Assembly (NCBI GenBank): GCA_965247095.1
Contig: OZ251997.1
Coordinates: forward strand, 1,056,001-1,120,000
Direction: 5' to 3'
Source of the DNA: Candidatus Multivorans sp.
GTDB taxonomy: Bacteria; Acidobacteriota; Thermoanaerobaculia; Multivoradales; Multivoraceae
DNA: 64,000 nucleotides
Part shown: positions 59,666 through 64,000 of the stretch, piece after piece
Position numbering within the stretch: the first letter of the stretch is position 1
Layout of the letters: the number at the start of each line of letters is the position of its first letter
Translations under genes and position numbers: made by a program
The notes under the pieces: model-generated
What the model was told of the DNA's origin: nothing
The model's database searches: none
The model's input: only the letters and a program-made list of their open reading frames with translations

Positions 59666-60558
59666 GAGACGTTCGCCGCCCGCGACCGGTGGCGCTCCAC
59701 GTCCCGGTGCTGCAAACGGATCTGCCAGGCGTCGGCGGCGAGCCGGTCCGCCACGGCTTCCGAGATCGCGACCGACCGGTGCCGCCCGCCGGTGCAACCG
59801 ATCCCGACGGTCAGGTAGCTACGGTTCTCGTCCCGGAACCTCGGCAGGAGATAGGCCAGAAGACCCTCGAGCCGGTCGACCAGTTCGCCGAAAGCCTCGT
59901 GTCCGTGCAGGAACTCCTGGACCGCGCGGTGGGTCCCGGATTTCTCCCGCAGTTCGGCGACGAAGTACGGATTCGGCAGAAACCGGACATCGAACATCAG
60001 ATCGACGCCCGCAGGGACACCGAACTTGAAGCCGAAGCTGACGATGTTGACGGTCAGACCGCCCGCATCACTCGAGCCGAACTCGTTGTAAATCGCGGCA
60101 CGGAGTTCATGGATCGTCGAGTCCGTGGTGTCGAACACGCGCGAGGCGCGCCCCCGCAGTTCCAGGAGCATCTTCCGTTCGCGCCGAATGCCGTCGATCA
60201 CGCGCTCCCCCTCGCCCGTCAGGGGGTGCCGACGCCGCGTCTCCGAGTACCTCCTGACCAGCACGTCGTCGGAGCTGTCGAGAAAGATGAGCACCGGCTC
60301 GACCAGGCCCGGATCCGCTTCGTCGAGCAGGCGCGGCAGTTCCTCCGCCAGGCCGGGAGTGCGCAGGTCCGTGACCAGAACGATCGCCTCGAGCTCCGGC
60401 GCGGCGGCAGCCGGCTCGCGGACGAGGTGCCTCAGCAGAGGCAGAGGCAGGTTGTCGATGCAGTGATGACCCAGGTCCTCGAAGCATCGGGCAACCGTGC
60501 TCTTGCCCGACCCTGAAAGGCCGGTGATCACGAACAGACGGACCGGCGGCTCAGACAC
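59662..60558 (-). CDS. rapZ: RNase adapter RapZ
   Basis: TGLSGSGKS, CIDNLP, SFGFKFG, DVRFLPNPY, GCTGGRHRSV. Confidence 0.96.
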   Translation of the reverse strand: MSEPPVRLFVITGLSGSGKSTVARCFEDLGHHCIDNLPLPLLRHLVREPAAAAPELEAIVLVTDLRTPGLAEELPRLLDEADPGLVEPVLIFLDSSDDVLVRRYSETRRRHPLTGEGERVIDGIRRERKMLLELRGRASRVFDTTDSTIHELRAAIYNEFGSSDAGGLTVNIVSFGFKFGVPAGVDLMFDVRFLPNPYFVAELREKSGTHRAVQEFLHGHEAFGELVDRLEGLLAYLLPRFRDENRSYLTVGIGCTGGRHRSVAISEAVADRLAADAWQIRLQHRDVERHRSRAANVS

Positions 60559-61006
60559 GCCCGTTGGCGCGCAGCAGCTCGTAGATCTCCTGCGGCTTGG
60601 ACACCCTGCGCAGGCGCTCCCGGCCGCCGTTGCTCACCCACTCGGAAATGGCTGCCAGGGCCTTGAGGTGACGGCCGGCGCTCTCCCGGGGCGAAAGCAG
60701 AACGAAGAAGAACCGGACCGGAACGCCGTCATCGGCGCCGTAGTCGACACCGCGCTTCGACACCGCTACAGCCAGCACGATGTCCCGCAAACCGCGGATC
60801 CGTCCGTGCGGGATCGCCATGCCACCGCCCACGGCCGTCGAGCCCAACTCCTCCCGCTCCTGCAGGGCGGCGAGGACCGCATCCGAGTCGGAGAGGCCGA
60901 GTACACGGCAGATTCGCTCTGTAAGAATTCGCAGCGCGTCGTCGCGGCTCTTCGCCTCGACATCGGAGAAGATCAGTTGCGGCTTCGCCAGACTTGCCAG
61001 ATCCAT
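60551..61006 (-). CDS. ptsN: PTS EIIA-Ntr
   Basis: REELGSTAVGGGMAIPH, GVDYGADDG, HLKALA. Confidence 0.9.
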   Translation of the reverse strand: MDLASLAKPQLIFSDVEAKSRDDALRILTERICRVLGLSDSDAVLAALQEREELGSTAVGGGMAIPHGRIRGLRDIVLAVAVSKRGVDYGADDGVPVRFFFVLLSPRESAGRHLKALAAISEWVSNGGRERLRRVSKPQEIYELLRANGRV

Positions 61007-61046
61007 CTTGGTTCGGCGGCCTCCCCTTTGCCCCGTAGCTGCTGTC

Positions 61047-62732
61047 TCAGAAGATCCGTCTGCGGTCGGTCGAGGACGGAATACCGAGTTCATCCCGGTA
61101 CTTGGCGACAGTTCGCCGGGCGATGTTAATGCCCTCCTGTTGCAACTCGCGTGTCAGCGCCGAATCCGATAGCGGCCTGCGGCCGTCCTCGTCGCCGATC
61201 CGGTCGCTCAGCATGCGCTTCACCCTCAACGAGGAGATCTCCCCGCCCCGGTAGCGGTCGATGCCGCTGTGGAAGAAGAACTTCATCGGCAACAGGCCGC
61301 GCGGCGTGTGAATGTACTTGTTGGACACGACGCGACTCACCGTCGACTCGTGCATGCCGATGTCGTCGGCCACGTCCCGCAGCACCATGGGTCGTAGTTC
61401 GTCGAGACCGTGGTCGAAGAACCCCCGCTGCTGCCGCAGAATGGAGTCCGCAACCTTGTAGATCGTTCTCTGACGCTGGTCCAGACTCTTGATGAGCCAC
61501 ATCGCCGAACGCATCTTGTCCTTGAGGAAGTCCCGCGCCTCCGTCTGGTTACCGTCTCGCTGCGTTCGTCGCAGCATCCTGCGGTAGGCGCGGCTGACGC
61601 GCAACTTGGGCAGGCCGTCGTCGTTCAACTGGATCGCCCACTCGCCACCGCTCTTGACCGCGACCACGTCGGGCTCGACGTACTCGGCGCGGTCATTGGA
61701 GTACTGCCGGCCCGGTCGAGTTTCCAGCGCCTTGATCTCTTCGACCGGCGCCTCGAGTTGCGCCAACGGAGTCCGCAGGCGGCGCGCGACGAGCCGGAAC
61801 TGCCGTCGAGTGAACTGTTCCCAACATTCGCTGACGATGCGGTGGGCCAGTCCCTCCATGGCGTCCTTCGCCTCGAGTTGCGCCAGCAGGCACTCCTGAA
61901 GCGAGTGCCAGGCCACGCCGGGCGGATCGAAACTCCGGACCAACTTGAGCGCCCGCTCCACCAGTTCGACGCGATACCCGGGAACCGGAACCGAACGGGG
62001 CGCCAGGTCCAGCGCCGCCCCGTCGGGAACTGACGGAGCGCCGCCGTTGTCGAGGTGGCGGTCGGCCACCGCTTCGTCCATCTCCCGAGCCATCGCGACC
62101 TCCGAGCGGTAGCGCTCCGCCTCCCGTTCCTCCGCACCCAGAAGCTGAATTTCCTCGACCGATGCGCGCAGGAAGCCGTCCGCATCGAGATTGCCGACGA
62201 TCAACTCGGCGACCTCCCGAAGAAGCGGTGATGCGTCGGACATGCGCAACTGCCAGAGCAGGTGGTCGTAGAGATCCGGCGCCCGGCTGATGTTGTTCTC
62301 GATCGGCGAGAACTCGCGGCTCTCGAAGGTGTTCGCGACCGTCGAATCAGGCCCGAGGTAGTCGTTGAAGTACGCGTCGAGGTCGATGTCCGCCATCGAG
62401 GGCTCTTCCGGGTCCCCGGGGTCGGGATTGTCGACCTCCGCCCCATCCTCGGCGCCGTTCAGCCTCGCCGTCTCGTCGGCCGGGCCGGCGGGAGCATCGC
62501 CGTCGGCGGCGCCGGCAGCCTCGGCGGCAGTTCCCTCTTCGGGATCCTCATCTTCGCCGTCCTCGCCATCCTCGCCGCCATCCTCGAGCATCGGGTTCTC
62601 GACGATCTCCTGGTTGAGCACGCCTTCCAGCTCGAGGCGGGTCATCTGCAGCAGCTTGATCGCCTGCTGCAACGCCGGCGTCATGACCAGCCGCTGGGCC
62701 AGTTTGAGCGAGAGCCTCTGTTGGAGCACCAT
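61047..62732 (-). CDS. rpoN: RNA polymerase sigma-54
   Basis: MTPALQQAIKLLQ, ENPMLE, HESTVSR, RpoN box ARRTVAKYR. Confidence 0.97.
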   Translation of the reverse strand: MVLQQRLSLKLAQRLVMTPALQQAIKLLQMTRLELEGVLNQEIVENPMLEDGGEDGEDGEDEDPEEGTAAEAAGAADGDAPAGPADETARLNGAEDGAEVDNPDPGDPEEPSMADIDLDAYFNDYLGPDSTVANTFESREFSPIENNISRAPDLYDHLLWQLRMSDASPLLREVAELIVGNLDADGFLRASVEEIQLLGAEEREAERYRSEVAMAREMDEAVADRHLDNGGAPSVPDGAALDLAPRSVPVPGYRVELVERALKLVRSFDPPGVAWHSLQECLLAQLEAKDAMEGLAHRIVSECWEQFTRRQFRLVARRLRTPLAQLEAPVEEIKALETRPGRQYSNDRAEYVEPDVVAVKSGGEWAIQLNDDGLPKLRVSRAYRRMLRRTQRDGNQTEARDFLKDKMRSAMWLIKSLDQRQRTIYKVADSILRQQRGFFDHGLDELRPMVLRDVADDIGMHESTVSRVVSNKYIHTPRGLLPMKFFFHSGIDRYRGGEISSLRVKRMLSDRIGDEDGRRPLSDSALTRELQQEGINIARRTVAKYRDELGIPSSTDRRRIF

Positions 62733-62837
62733 GATCGCGTTCGAACGGCAGCGGTTCCTGGGGCCAGGCCGGTCCCGCTCGAAGCCATCGCACCGTGCCA
62801 CCGCGCTCGGAGTCTGACCGTGCGCCAACGGCGTTCC

Positions 62838-62854
62838 AGCAAAACCAATGCCAA
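62838..62854 (-). promoter_or_regulatory. Sigma-54 -24/-12 site upstream of rpoN
   Basis: TTGGCATTGGTTTTGCT, exact GG-N10-GC spacing. Confidence 0.75.
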
Positions 62855-62877
62855 GGTGAAGCTATCACCTTGAGCTG

Positions 62878-63621
62878 CTAGAGCGTGAACTCGGCGCCTA
62901 GGTAGATCTTACGGACCGTCGGATCGGCCGAGAGTTCCGCCGGCGTCCCTGTGCGGAGGATTCTGCCGTCATTGATGATGTATGCGCGGTCCGTGATCTT
63001 CAGGGTCTCCCGCACGTTGTGATCCGTGATCAGAATGCCGATGCCCATGTCACGAAGCTGCCGGATGATCGCCTGGATGTCGAGTACCGCGATCGGATCG
63101 ATACCGGCGAACGGCTCGTCGAGGAGGATGAAGCTGGGACTGATCGCGAGCGCGCGGGCAATCTCGAGCCGGCGTCGCTCGCCCCCGGAAAGCTGGTTCC
63201 CCCTCGAGCGCCGGACAGCCACGAGATCGAAGTCTCCGACCAACTGGTTGATTCGGCGGCGCTGCTCGGCGCGGCCCAGGCCTAGTGTCTCGAACACCGC
63301 ACGCAGGTTGCCTTCGACGGACAGCCGCCGAAACACCGAGGGTTCCTGCGGCAGGTAGCTGATGCCCTGCTGCGCTCGCAGGTACATGGGAAGGTCGGTG
63401 ATGTCCACGTCATCGAGGAAGACGCGACCGCCGTCCGGCCGGGTCAGGCCCACGACCATGTAGAACGTGGTCGTCTTGCCGGCGCCATTCGGTCCGAGCA
63501 GACCCACCACTTCGCCCTGCCCGACCTCGACCGACACGTCCTGGACGACTGGTCGCCCCCGATAGACCTTCCGCACATCCAGCGTCCGGATGCGATGGCC
63601 TGAGGCCGGCCGCTCGGTCAC
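62878..63621 (-). CDS. lptB: LPS export ABC ATPase LptB
   Basis: [51 protein letters not shown]. Confidence 0.97.
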   Translation of the reverse strand: MTERPASGHRIRTLDVRKVYRGRPVVQDVSVEVGQGEVVGLLGPNGAGKTTTFYMVVGLTRPDGGRVFLDDVDITDLPMYLRAQQGISYLPQEPSVFRRLSVEGNLRAVFETLGLGRAEQRRRINQLVGDFDLVAVRRSRGNQLSGGERRRLEIARALAISPSFILLDEPFAGIDPIAVLDIQAIIRQLRDMGIGILITDHNVRETLKITDRAYIINDGRILRTGTPAELSADPTVRKIYLGAEFTL

Positions 63622-64000
63622 GGGTTGCCGGCGCCGGCAGCCGCGCTGCCGGACGGCCCCATCTCGTAGCGGCCCTCATCGAGCCAGTAGAGCAGGCGTG
63701 ATCCTCTCAGGAGATCCCCTCCGTTGCGGATGACAACGCCGCCGGTGAGCCGGATCACGCGATCCGCTACGACATAGACGGCTCGGTCGGCGCCGACCGA
63801 GAGGTTCTGGGCGACATCCTCGAGTCGAGCGTTCCCCAGGCAGTACAGCGCCTGCGTCTGGACATCCTCCGATCCATCGTTCGCAGCCGCCGTTTCGACC
63901 GTCAACTCGTCGCAGTTCAGGCGCTGGTCTCCCAGGACCGCCGAGGTTCCACCGCTGTAGCGCAACTCGCCGTCGTCCTCAGAGAAGCTCAGCCTCTCCG
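63618..64000 (-). CDS. LptA/OstA-like protein, C-terminal part (5'-truncated by window edge)
   Basis: Beta-jellyroll-like ADRAVY...IRLTGG...LRGSRLLY directly upstream of lptB. Confidence 0.75.
   Translation of the reverse strand, partial: ERLSFSEDDGELRYSGGTSAVLGDQRLNCDELTVETAAANDGSEDVQTQALYCLGNARLEDVAQNLSVGADRAVYVVADRVIRLTGGVVIRNGGDLLRGSRLLYWLDEGRYEMGPSGSAAAGAGNP

Overview
High-GC bacterial chromosomal segment, most likely Acidobacteriota (inferred from an acidobacterial-type VWA protein, a fused LptF-LptG, and a repeated YFF-x-DN-E-LIKVLD-C-NGH-WVF secreted module that I associate with Thermoanaerobaculia). Most of the window is housekeeping: cca, an ECF sigma/anti-sigma/RND operon, a sugar ABC transporter, ahcY, der, ribH-nusB, lptE, rpsT, tol-pal, etfBA, metK, lptFG, miaB, a PTS-Ntr/rpoN/lptB cluster, tRNA-Leu(CAG) and tRNA-Pro(GGG). 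A XerC/D dif-like site at 54282-54309 suggests the replication terminus, and an orphan ParB-family gene ends 77 bp from it. The most unusual locus is 1.3-3.1 kb. There an IS110-family recombinase has a structured upstream ncRNA (bridge-RNA-like) whose two loops both carry CTTGCAT. The same motif (CTTGCATGGAACAA) sits at both element junctions, at the end of an adjacent 97-bp mini-element, and in a dispersed inverted 60-bp repeat at 12.5 kb. This suggests a donor=target, array-building IS110 system tied to REP-like repeats. All calls come from reading the sequence; no database search or folding program was run.
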